DNA of 64,000 bases from Rubripirellula sp. (GTDB lineage Bacteria > Planctomycetota > Planctomycetia > Pirellulales > Pirellulaceae): the NCBI GenBank assembly GCA_965216875.1, contig OZ244207.1, positions 2,656,001 through 2,720,000 of the forward strand. The letters are read 5' to 3'. Made by a program: the position numbers and the translations under genes. Positions 40,226 to 48,685 of the stretch are shown in pieces. The notes under the pieces were generated by a model. The model was not told the DNA's origin, did no database searches, and saw only the letters and a list, made by a program, of their open reading frames with translations. Position 1 is the stretch's first letter. Every line of letters begins with the position of its first letter.

Positions 40226-40434
40226 TAGCCATCCAGGCGATAGGTGGACGCGCGAGGCCGTAGATTTCGAAACTCTGGTAGCTGAGATTCGAGGTGCTTT
40301 AGCTGCCGGCGAAGTTCGTCGAGATCCAGAACGGTCGTCGTGCCATCGTCGGTGATGGACTTCACGCCGCTTTCGAGGATCTCGCGGATCTCGTTGGCTT
40401 TGGCTCGAATTTCAGAGATTTGTCGTTTGGCCAT
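40225..40434 (-). CDS. gpW-like head-tail adaptor
   Basis: 69 aa, G.KS...DG......DLDELR pattern, directly upstream of portal. Confidence 0.7.
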   Translation of the reverse strand: MAKRQISEIRAKANEIREILESGVKSITDDGTTTVLDLDELRRQLKHLESQLPEFRNLRPRASTYRLDG

Positions 40435-40472
40435 GAGGGCGACGTTACGTCACCGCAGGACGGGCCAGAATG

Positions 40473-40499
40473 CAGGAAATGCGGATCCCGCATTTCCTG
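40473..40499. promoter_or_regulatory. 27-bp inverted repeat upstream of head genes
   Basis: CAGGAAATGCGG-ATC-CCGCATTTCCTG. Confidence 0.5.
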
Positions 40500-40517
40500 T
40501 CAGATTTTTTTGCGCAT

Positions 40518-40556
40518 AAAAAAGCACCCGACGCAGGGGTAGATTCCGTCGGGTGC
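40518..40556 (-). terminator. Rho-independent terminator between packaging and head genes
   Basis: GCACCCGACG...CGTCGGGTGC + T6 on minus strand. Confidence 0.7.
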
Positions 40557-40740
40557 GAATCGATGAGGCAGCATCGATGTCGTCAATGTACCCATTCGCT
40601 AGGCAAAGTCAACCGAGCCGCGACGATGCCGAGCCGCGCAGCGTGTTCGGCTTCGGAGCGGCTCACCAAAGGCCATGACGGAGGTCGATCAAGTACGGAA
40701 GCGCAGCGGAGCAAGGTTCTTGAGCGACCGGAGGCCGCAG

Positions 40741-40974
40741 TTACCGTCGCGAACGAATCAGCGAATTCACCGCTTCGCTGGCCTTCCGCCAACATGCGTT
40801 CGAATCACAGAACCAGGCACCGCGGTAGATCTCACGTGTTGCCAGCTTCCCGCACACGCAACACGTTCGCGACTGCGACTTCATCTGCTCGATCTGATCG
40901 AGTGCGTCGTCGATCACTTCCTCGTCTGACGAACTTCCCAACCATCGCCAGAGACATTTCAGCTTTCCAAGCAT
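40741..40974 (-). CDS. Hypothetical protein (Cys-containing)
   Basis: 77 aa; CCVC...CDSNAC. Confidence 0.5.
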   Translation of the reverse strand: MLGKLKCLWRWLGSSSDEEVIDDALDQIEQMKSQSRTCCVCGKLATREIYRGAWFCDSNACWRKASEAVNSLIRSRR

Positions 40975-40980
40975 GGCGAA

Positions 40981-41364
40981 TCAAACCTCGTTTACGAGCT
41001 CGCGATCAACGCGTGACTGTCCGCAGTTCTCGCACGTTGTGTTGCGAAACATCACAGCGGTGTAAGGTCCAAACATCGGATCGTTACCAGCACACTCGAC
41101 GCGCCGAGTGTTGCTGTAGGGAGTGCGTTTGGTCGACTGGCACTTGCCGCACTTAGGCGGGTACCCTTCGCTCGATTGGCCGCTCGTTTTGCTGCCGGCC
41201 GGCCGCCCAGCTTTCTTTGCCGGCTTCGCGGGCGTTTTCTTCTTTGCCGGCTTCGAGGCGACCGGTTTCTTTTTGCGCGGCACCTTCTTGGTCGCCTTTT
41301 TCTTGGCGGCCTTCTTTCGCGGTCGAATCGGTTCAACCGGCTTTTTCTTTCTCGTGTTGCCCAC
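40981..41364 (-). CDS. Lys-rich protein with C-terminal Zn ribbon
   Basis: Histone-like KKPA N-half; CGKC...CENC; AAAGGAG SD. Confidence 0.65.
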   Translation of the reverse strand: MGNTRKKKPVEPIRPRKKAAKKKATKKVPRKKKPVASKPAKKKTPAKPAKKAGRPAGSKTSGQSSEGYPPKCGKCQSTKRTPYSNTRRVECAGNDPMFGPYTAVMFRNTTCENCGQSRVDRELVNEV

Positions 41365-41381
41365 GTTGCAGACTCCTTTTG

Positions 41382-43619
41382 CTAGGCGGCAAGTGATCCC
41401 GCGTAGCCGCGGCGTTTCTTCTTTTTCTTTGGCGGCTTCGGTAGCTCAACCAAGGTTGCACCTTCAATCGACGCGAGAACGGCGCAGTGCACCAGACAAT
41501 CGAAAAGGTGATTGTCCTTTCCTTTTTCTTCGGCCCAGATGTCGCCGCGTCGCTTCTCGCCAATGACGTGCGTTCGCTTCTCTGATCGGCAGTGCTCTGC
41601 GACCATGCGATGCTCGGTCTTGTATCGCGGTCGCGGCTTTGGAAGGCACAGAGATCCCTTGTCGCCGTCGCGAACGCCAAACCGGTTGTGGATGAACGTT
41701 TTCCAATAGTTCACGTCTGAGAGAACGTGACGGCCGCCTCCCTTTGTGCGGCGAACGATCCAGTGGTGGCCTTTCTTTTCGCCCTCGTGCTTTTTCCACG
41801 CCTCCATGGGCGCGTTGGTTGGCTTGATGCCTTGTCCGAATGTGGGCATCACGTTGGCAGCGTGGTCGCTGATCCTTCCAACCTCCTGGACGACGGTTGT
41901 CACTGGTCCCCATGCGGCATCGATTCCGATTCGTCGCACTCGATGGATGTCGCCGCCGGGCGTTTTGAATTCGCGATCGGCGAGCAGCTTGACCAAGTCG
42001 ATCAGCCCCGCCTTGGTTCGCCCCTCGAGCCCAGCGCCTTTGTACTTCTTGGCGAGCGTATGTCGAACTCCCGAAAGTTGGAAGTGTGCGACCTTCTGAT
42101 CGGGATAGGCACCGTAGTCGATGATCCAACCAGAGAAGTCCGAGCTACGCCATGCAACGACCATCCAATACAGGCATTTGCCTTGGATATCGACGAACGC
42201 TGTGAGCGTGTCGGCTGCCGGCGGGACGACACCACGCAGATAGCCGCTTTGCTTGGCGATCAATTCGTCGACGGTGAGCAGCTCGGTATCCTCGTGCGGA
42301 TCCCGCGGCTCATTCATGTACTCACACCAAAACGCGTTCTCGTCGCGCAGGAGCAAGTTGTAAGCGTGCTGAATCGCTGACAGCTCGCCTTTGCCTTTGC
42401 GGTAGCGTTCCTCCCAGCCGACGCGCGCACCGCGGTCCATCTTCTTGCGATGCTTGCGATAGAACTCGGTCGCTGCGTCGAGCCCGCGGCCGGATGCGAG
42501 CTCCTCGGCCAAGATCTCGGCGTATTGATCCCACAGCTCTTCGTTCTCGGGCCAATCGTAAACGAGTTTGAATCGTTCGCCCTGCCAATCGGGATACTCT
42601 TCGTGATCGAGCAGTCGATCGGCGACGTCACCTTTTCGAATGACGGTACAGAGCAAGAATCCGGCAATGTCTTTGCCGGGCCCAGCCAGGCCAAGAATGT
42701 CACCTTGAATCGTCTCGAGGCGATCGTCGCACTGCGTGTCGCTCTTGGCCGACTTCTTGGTTTGCGGATCGTCAATGATCACGATGTCCGGACGCAGCGT
42801 CTCGCCAGTGGGCGCCGCGTGCTGCATCCCGCGGATCGATCCGGTCATGCCAGCGATCTCGATGATCGCACCGCTGCAGGGTGCCTTTGGCACCGTCGCC
42901 AAAACGAGCGACGTTTTGGTCCATTCGATGTGCGTTCGCTCGCCACCGATCGTTTGACCGCGGCAACGGTTGGCGATTCCCTCGAGCCGGCGAACTGGAT
43001 AGCAGGCCTCGGGATAGAGCTCGAGCAGGCGATCGTTCGTTTCGAATGCGACTTTGATCGTCCGCAGGAGCTTTTTCGCGTGGCCGGCCGTCGGACCGAT
43101 CAAAGCGACGTAGCGACGTCGGCCGGTGACCATCGCCCAGATCACAGCGCAGATGATCAGCGTCGTTTTTCCGGATCCACGGGGCATCGACAGCGCAAAA
43201 AGCAGGCCGTCGACGATCGACGCCTCCATCTTGGCGATCGCCTTTTCGTGGTCGGGCGAAAAGTCCTTGTCGAACTTCTCGGGGAAGATCTCGAGGCAGA
43301 AGTACTTCAGCGACGCGTCGCACTTCTTTCGAATCGGTTTGTTCTCGGCAGTGATCGCCGGCATACCCGATTCGATGTCGCGACCCTCGGCCGACTGATC
43401 GGCTTGTCGCTGACGCTCGCGTTCTTTGCGAGCCTCGTATTTGTTGGCTGCGTCGTCGCTACTTGGCTTTTTGGGCGCCGAACGTTTGGCCGGCGAGCCT
43501 TCAGCTTTCTTCGATTTGGGCGCGGACCGTTTTGACGGCCGCGACTTGGCGACACTCTTTTCGGCCGGTTTCGATCGCCCGCGACGACTAGGCGCCTTCG
43601 TGGCTTTCTTTTTCGGCAT
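41382..43619 (-). CDS. terL: Terminase large subunit (GpA-like)
   Basis: Walker A PRGSGKT, Walker B IVIIDD, FVDIQ, IDAAW, DNHLFDC. Confidence 0.88.
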   Translation of the reverse strand: MPKKKATKAPSRRGRSKPAEKSVAKSRPSKRSAPKSKKAEGSPAKRSAPKKPSSDDAANKYEARKERERQRQADQSAEGRDIESGMPAITAENKPIRKKCDASLKYFCLEIFPEKFDKDFSPDHEKAIAKMEASIVDGLLFALSMPRGSGKTTLIICAVIWAMVTGRRRYVALIGPTAGHAKKLLRTIKVAFETNDRLLELYPEACYPVRRLEGIANRCRGQTIGGERTHIEWTKTSLVLATVPKAPCSGAIIEIAGMTGSIRGMQHAAPTGETLRPDIVIIDDPQTKKSAKSDTQCDDRLETIQGDILGLAGPGKDIAGFLLCTVIRKGDVADRLLDHEEYPDWQGERFKLVYDWPENEELWDQYAEILAEELASGRGLDAATEFYRKHRKKMDRGARVGWEERYRKGKGELSAIQHAYNLLLRDENAFWCEYMNEPRDPHEDTELLTVDELIAKQSGYLRGVVPPAADTLTAFVDIQGKCLYWMVVAWRSSDFSGWIIDYGAYPDQKVAHFQLSGVRHTLAKKYKGAGLEGRTKAGLIDLVKLLADREFKTPGGDIHRVRRIGIDAAWGPVTTVVQEVGRISDHAANVMPTFGQGIKPTNAPMEAWKKHEGEKKGHHWIVRRTKGGGRHVLSDVNYWKTFIHNRFGVRDGDKGSLCLPKPRPRYKTEHRMVAEHCRSEKRTHVIGEKRRGDIWAEEKGKDNHLFDCLVHCAVLASIEGATLVELPKPPKKKKKRRGYAGSLAA

Positions 43620-43839
43620 AGGTCCTGCGAAGTTCGGGCCCAGAGATCCCTTTCGATTCCGCAATCGCACACCACAGGCGTTCGCGATCTTCCTCGCAAT
43701 CTTCGAGCTTGGCTTTGGTGGCTTTGTGGTCAGCCAGGTGCATGCGCCACAGATAGCCAACCGCCGACGTGCAGGCGATCGCGTAGACTTCCGGTCTAAC
43801 GCCGGCGAGCATTTCGCCGGCGAGCATTAGCATTGTCAC
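43588..43839 (-). CDS. Small membrane protein (holin/spanin-like position)
   Basis: 83 aa, hydrophobic segment plus coiled coil. Confidence 0.45.
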   Translation of the reverse strand: MTMLMLAGEMLAGVRPEVYAIACTSAVGYLWRMHLADHKATKAKLEDCEEDRERLWCAIAESKGISGPELRRTYAEKESHEGA

Positions 43840-43878
43840 GGTGCCCCCCGGTACCGTTATCGAACGCTGTCGCGCGTC

Positions 43879-44739
43879 CTAGAGTTGCGGTCGATTGTGC
43901 GGCTGCCCCGTTCCGCCGATCAACGAACCATCGCGAGTGCCGACAGCTGGCGCACCATCGGGCAGCGCCTGCCCTTGGCGTGCGAGCTCCGCATCATCGA
44001 CCGGATAGGCTGCCAGGTTCGTCACGATCTCGTTTGCTGGGATCCCGCGGAACAACGGCCGCAGATCATCTTCGGTCGTTCGCGAGTGAATGGGGCCCGG
44101 TGTGTCGAGCGCCTCGAGGTTCATTGCGAACGGCGAGATATCGTAGGCGTTGTAGTGAGCCGTCTCGAATTTGAAACCTTCGGCAACTACCGTCTCGCGA
44201 GGCAACTGCAGCAGCTCGACGCCAATCAGGATCCGGATCTCCTGGAAGTACTTCCAGATGTCTTGGGCAAACTGTTGGGTGATCGTCAGCGCGAGATTGT
44301 TGTCCGAGTGCTGGTAGATGTTCGTTAGCGCGATCATCGTCAGCGTGTTGTATTCGATCAACCAATGGTTCCGAACTGCCGGCCCATGGAAGAACGGCAC
44401 AGGGTGAATGTTCCACGGCTTCGAATCCGCGGTTGCGTGGCCCTCCTCGAGCCGGATGTCGCTATCGACCTTCATACGGCTTTGCAGCTTCGTGTGAATC
44501 CGATTGTTCATCTGGCAGAGTCGCTCGACGGTGTTGCGGCTCGGCGGCTGCGTGCGCTGCGCGTCGATGTGCGTCATCACAAACAGCTGACCCTTCGAGA
44601 TCTCATCAGCCAGGCCGTGAATCGGCGTCGACAACGTTCCGTAATTATTGCCGAAGTTGGGCACCGCGAATCCCATCTCTGCCCACGGTGCGACGTTGTA
44701 GAGTTGCGGTCGATCGGATCCGAAAATCGTTCTGCTCAT
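43879..44739 (-). CDS. Hypothetical protein, 286 aa
   Basis: AGGAGG SD, typical codon usage; no motif recognised. Confidence 0.7.
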   Translation of the reverse strand: MSRTIFGSDRPQLYNVAPWAEMGFAVPNFGNNYGTLSTPIHGLADEISKGQLFVMTHIDAQRTQPPSRNTVERLCQMNNRIHTKLQSRMKVDSDIRLEEGHATADSKPWNIHPVPFFHGPAVRNHWLIEYNTLTMIALTNIYQHSDNNLALTITQQFAQDIWKYFQEIRILIGVELLQLPRETVVAEGFKFETAHYNAYDISPFAMNLEALDTPGPIHSRTTEDDLRPLFRGIPANEIVTNLAAYPVDDAELARQGQALPDGAPAVGTRDGSLIGGTGQPHNRPQL

Positions 44740-44751
44740 GGATTGGCCCTC

Positions 44752-46380
44752 CTAGGCCTGCTGGTTTTCGTCGGTCCAACCGACGGTCAACGGCTTTTCT
44801 GCTGGTACTTCGCCGGCGGCACGTTTGCCGGCGGTGATTTGCTCAGTCACCGAGCGCAGTCGCTTGATAATCGGCGAATGCTGTGGGAACCGTTCTTGCT
44901 CGCGTCGCATCGCCTCTTTCATGGCCTCAGCTTCCTGATCCACAACTGGGACGCGAACGGTTCGCACGGCCGGTTCCGCGGAAACGGCGCTCGGTGTCTC
45001 TCGGGGTGGGGGTGGCGGCGGCGCAGGTGGCGGCGGTGGATCACTTGCCGGATGCCAATCGTCAAAAGGGCGGCGGCGGGGTTCCTCCTCAGGATCCAGA
45101 TCACGCCGCCGGCGTCGATTCCAATACGCTTTCAGGGCCGAGAGCCCGATCATTCCGAACGCACCACCAGGCACAGCAAGGTTCAAACCGTAGGCGGCCG
45201 AGATCCTCGTCGCTGCTTCCACCCAACTAAAGCGGCCGCTCGCTTTCTTGTCGACCGATTCGATCGAGGCCTCGGCCGTTGTGAGTTTGGTTGTGAATTG
45301 ATCGAGACGCGACGCGATCGATCCCTGCAGCGAGTCGAGATTCGTGTTGGCCGCTGCGATCGCGTTCTTGGTGGCCATCAGATCGTGAGTCGTCGCATAG
45401 CCACTAAGCGAGTCGACCGGTGCCAGGTTGGTGACGATCTTTTCGAGCTCATCGCGTTTGACGAATTGCTCGAGCTCGTCGCGCGTAACGTAGCCCGATA
45501 GATCAGGTTGCTTGGCCGGAATCGATGCAGCTGGTAGCGACGGCGTTGCCATTGGCGAGCGATCGCCCCGGATCGGGCCGGCCGACGGGATGCTCCCGCC
45601 GGCCGGATTCACAGTCCGTCCCCCCCTAGGAATTGGACTTTGAATGATCTGCCCTCTGTAGACCGGTTGAGCGTTAGAGCAGTTTCCGAAGCTGTCGCAT
45701 TGGCCGTAGACGCTTTGAGCTTCGCGAGCGTCTCGTCGCTGTGACAGTCGTGGAAAGACGCGACGGAGTGCGTTGCGGATCCGCGACATTGGCACCGCCA
45801 GACAACCACGTTCACGAACAAGTGAGCTGTGCATCAGGCCGGCAACCTTGCCCGCATGATAGACCGGTCCGCCTGACATTCCCTGCGGAATCGTCTCTGA
45901 GAACTCGAGATGCCCTTGGTTGTAGGACGAGTGGCGAAGCTGAGCGTTTAGCACTCGCATCTCTCTGCCGTACGGATACCCGATCAGATTCACTGCGGCA
46001 CCTGGTGTCAGATCTGAATCGAGCAAAGGCACGGCCGGCGGCGGGTTGGCTGCGAGTCCGGAGATCACCGCAACATCGTCGCCAGCATCGGGATTGCCGA
46101 CGTAGTGCAGCTGATCGATCGAGACGGGCGCGTGACTCGGAAAGTAGCAAGTGCACGAATCACGCTCACGCACGAAGTCGCGGAAGTTGTGCGCGTTGGT
46201 GAGCACATAGACGCGATTGCCGTCGACGGCCACAGCGACCCCGGATCCAAAACCCGAACCACTTGGTTCGGCGCATTGGACTCGCGCGACAGAGTCAGTG
46301 AAGTTTGGTGGCGACGCGCCGGCTTTTGCCGCGACAGCAAAACAAAGCACTAGCGCGCCGCCGAGGGAATGACGATGCAT
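44752..46380 (-). CDS. Exported trypsin-like serine protease with coiled coil, TM and Pro-rich tail
   Basis: Signal peptide; LTNAH, DDVAV, GMSGGP catalytic triad. Confidence 0.85.
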   Translation of the reverse strand: MHRHSLGGALVLCFAVAAKAGASPPNFTDSVARVQCAEPSGSGFGSGVAVAVDGNRVYVLTNAHNFRDFVRERDSCTCYFPSHAPVSIDQLHYVGNPDAGDDVAVISGLAANPPPAVPLLDSDLTPGAAVNLIGYPYGREMRVLNAQLRHSSYNQGHLEFSETIPQGMSGGPVYHAGKVAGLMHSSLVRERGCLAVPMSRIRNALRRVFPRLSQRRDAREAQSVYGQCDSFGNCSNAQPVYRGQIIQSPIPRGGRTVNPAGGSIPSAGPIRGDRSPMATPSLPAASIPAKQPDLSGYVTRDELEQFVKRDELEKIVTNLAPVDSLSGYATTHDLMATKNAIAAANTNLDSLQGSIASRLDQFTTKLTTAEASIESVDKKASGRFSWVEAATRISAAYGLNLAVPGGAFGMIGLSALKAYWNRRRRRDLDPEEEPRRRPFDDWHPASDPPPPPAPPPPPPRETPSAVSAEPAVRTVRVPVVDQEAEAMKEAMRREQERFPQHSPIIKRLRSVTEQITAGKRAAGEVPAEKPLTVGWTDENQQA

Positions 46381-46386
46381 AGCGAC

Positions 46387-46836
46387 CTACTTCTCGCTAA
46401 TGAACGAAACCGATCCCGCTTTCTTGGACGGTTTCATGCCGCGAATGGACTTGAGCCAGGCGTCAGCCTCAGCACGAGCCAGCTCGCTGACGCCTAGCGT
46501 TTGTTCCAGTTGATATCGCTGTCGCAGCTTATACAGGAGCTTCTGACGCTTGGCCTTGGGCATCTCCTGCAGAACGGCTCCGAGGATCTCCGCGGCCGGA
46601 GCTGCTGAGTTTGCGGAGCCTTCCCAAGACGTGCCCACATTCAGATTGCCGCAGATTGGCACGTTGATTTTGAAGCGGCCGAATGTCCCGAGCAGCGCCC
46701 CTTTGATCGGGTACTGCTTGCCCTCTTGAATGTCGACGCGAACGAACTGCTTCTCGCAGAACTTCATCGCTGCAGCGAAGAGCTGATTCTTGTAATCGTT
46801 TCGCTGCAGGTCACGACTTACTGCCTTCGTGGCCAT
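46387..46836 (-). CDS. Hypothetical basic protein, first gene of late operon
   Basis: GGGGGGA SD before MATKAVS. Confidence 0.6.
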   Translation of the reverse strand: MATKAVSRDLQRNDYKNQLFAAAMKFCEKQFVRVDIQEGKQYPIKGALLGTFGRFKINVPICGNLNVGTSWEGSANSAAPAAEILGAVLQEMPKAKRQKLLYKLRQRYQLEQTLGVSELARAEADAWLKSIRGMKPSKKAGSVSFISEK

Positions 46837-46930
46837 GCCAATTCCCCCCACGTGCGCCAACACGCTGCGAGTCCGCATCCGTGCGAACCAGGACCGTCGA
46901 TCCATCGACACTCGCAGCGCGTTGGCGCAC

Positions 46931-46983
46931 AAAAAAACCCAAGGTCTTATGTCGGCGCATATTGCGCCACAAATGGCCCTGGG
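46931..46983 (-). terminator. Leader terminator upstream of late operon
   Basis: CCCAGGGCC...GGCGCA-ATA-TGCGCC...GACCTTGGG + T7. Confidence 0.6.
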
Positions 46984-47045
46984 AATTGAACCGCACCTTA
47001 CTGTACAGTCCGAAAACGCCGCAATAGGAATCAGGGAGGGGGACT

Positions 47046-47576
47046 ATGTTGGTGGAATTGATCGCTTTGATCGATTCGATTCCCGATTGGGAATCAAAGT
47101 CGATCGAAGACCTTCACGAATTGATCACGCGCGAAGATCCGCGGCGACTTCCAAAGGACGTCGCCCATCTCGATCTCGCGAATCTCGCTGATCGAATCGA
47201 CGTCGAAGTTGCCGAGACGTTGGTGGTTAAGATCACTGAGGCCGGAATGCCGGCAATGGCTCAATCACTCGTCGCGCGCGGTCTGGACTTTGGAAGTCCC
47301 AAGATCCAAAAGAAACTCGATGAACTTGCCGGCGCCGGTGTGCTGCCTGGTTCGTTAGCCGAAAAGCTAAGGAGCTTTGGTGTCGATCGTCGCTCCCAAT
47401 GGCAACGGATCAGCGACAAGCCTGATCCGAGTGTCGACGATGTCGAGGCGGCCGTCTTCTCGCTTCGCATGAATCGTCAGCTCGAGAACGCCAAGGCAAT
47501 CTTTGCACAGCGGATGGGCGTTGGCGATGATCCCGCCACGGTTTGGTCAGGCGCCTGGAAGGATGCCGAGCACTGA
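47046..47576 (+). CDS. Hypothetical protein (tail-fibre-associated?)
   Basis: GGGAGG SD; coupled (TGATG) to next gene. Confidence 0.65.
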   Translation: MLVELIALIDSIPDWESKSIEDLHELITREDPRRLPKDVAHLDLANLADRIDVEVAETLVVKITEAGMPAMAQSLVARGLDFGSPKIQKKLDELAGAGVLPGSLAEKLRSFGVDRRSQWQRISDKPDPSVDDVEAAVFSLRMNRQLENAKAIFAQRMGVGDDPATVWSGAWKDAEH

Positions 47577-48685
47577 TGCCATACGCGCACTATTATGTCG
47601 ACGCATCGATTGGCAACGATGATCTAGCCACAGGTCGCGGTGAGTCACCGGGTGACCCATGGGCAACCTACGAACATGCGGTAACTGCGTTGGGAACTCT
47701 ATCCCAGACGACGCAAGTGAACATCAAGGGAACGCAGAGTATCACCGCAACGCAACCGATGCCGGGTGGTATGTCCTTTAGTCGCGTCTTCGCGATCCGA
47801 GGCTACACGAGCGTTGCAAATGACGGCGGACTGTTCACCTTCGACATGCAAGGAAACAGCAACCCGATTATCGACACCACCGCAACAGGTTTGCACATTG
47901 CTGACGGTGATTTCTTAAACACTGGAGCAGCCGCATACGCCGTCAGGTTCCAGCAGTACAGCGCGGCGGCAAACATCTACGTCGCTGGTGGCGATGGCGA
48001 TGGCATTCGGCTTGGTGGTTCTTCTAGTGCGATTTGCTGCGGTGTTGAAAACATGGGCGGCTACGGGATCTACGCTGACTCAAGCAACGGCAGGGTTATG
48101 GGCTGTTGGCTGAAGAACGGAGCGAGCAACAAGTTCTCCTACGCAATTGGACTTGGCGGATCTGGTAGCCTCGCAGTCGGCAACATGGTTGCGATCGACG
48201 GGAGCTCAGTTGGAATCTGGCAATACTCATTCCCCGGTTACGTTGAAGGAAACAGCATTATCGGGATGGGTACAGGCACGCCAACAGGCATCCTGTGGAA
48301 CAACAACGCACTCGGCGGGATTTTGGCAAGCAACGTTCTCGATGGATTGAACATTGGAATCAATTCAAGCATCTCTAACCGATACGGCATCCTCTACGGA
48401 CACAATGCATTCGGAAACAATACGACCGATGTCAGCGGAGCCGTTTCCGATGTCTTCACAGTCGAAAAATCCAACGAGTTCCTCGGCGCAACGGCGATCA
48501 TCGGCCGAACGGGATCCAATGCATTCCGCAGTCACGAAGGCTATTGGGGGCTGAACGACGTCGGCACCGTCCGCACAAATGGTTACGGGCCAGGGCGAAG
48601 CATTGGGGCTGTTCATCATCAAGGTAGCGGCGGCGGTGGTAGTCCTTCTGTTTCTGGTTACTCACTCGCGAGACTTGTGCAATGA
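47576..48685 (+). CDS. Right-handed parallel beta-helix protein (pectin-lyase-like; putative depolymerase/tail spike)
   Basis: YYVDAS.GND...G.SP..PWAT N-cap; repeated GI/N ladders; C-terminal SIGA. Confidence 0.7.
   Translation: MPYAHYYVDASIGNDDLATGRGESPGDPWATYEHAVTALGTLSQTTQVNIKGTQSITATQPMPGGMSFSRVFAIRGYTSVANDGGLFTFDMQGNSNPIIDTTATGLHIADGDFLNTGAAAYAVRFQQYSAAANIYVAGGDGDGIRLGGSSSAICCGVENMGGYGIYADSSNGRVMGCWLKNGASNKFSYAIGLGGSGSLAVGNMVAIDGSSVGIWQYSFPGYVEGNSIIGMGTGTPTGILWNNNALGGILASNVLDGLNIGINSSISNRYGILYGHNAFGNNTTDVSGAVSDVFTVEKSNEFLGATAIIGRTGSNAFRSHEGYWGLNDVGTVRTNGYGPGRSIGAVHHQGSGGGGSPSVSGYSLARLVQ

Noticed and set aside
40473..40499. Protelomerase (telRL) site of a linear plasmid prophage
   Set aside because: Palindrome is short with an asymmetric centre, no protelomerase recognised, and the element is att-integrated
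41382..43760. 792-aa TerL start at 43760
   Set aside because: The extension overlaps the upstream 83-aa gene; MPKKK at 43619 is more plausible
44365..45501. 378-aa + strand ORF (similarly 42450-43535 and 14698-15795)
   Set aside because: Antisense shadows of well-supported genes in GC-rich DNA
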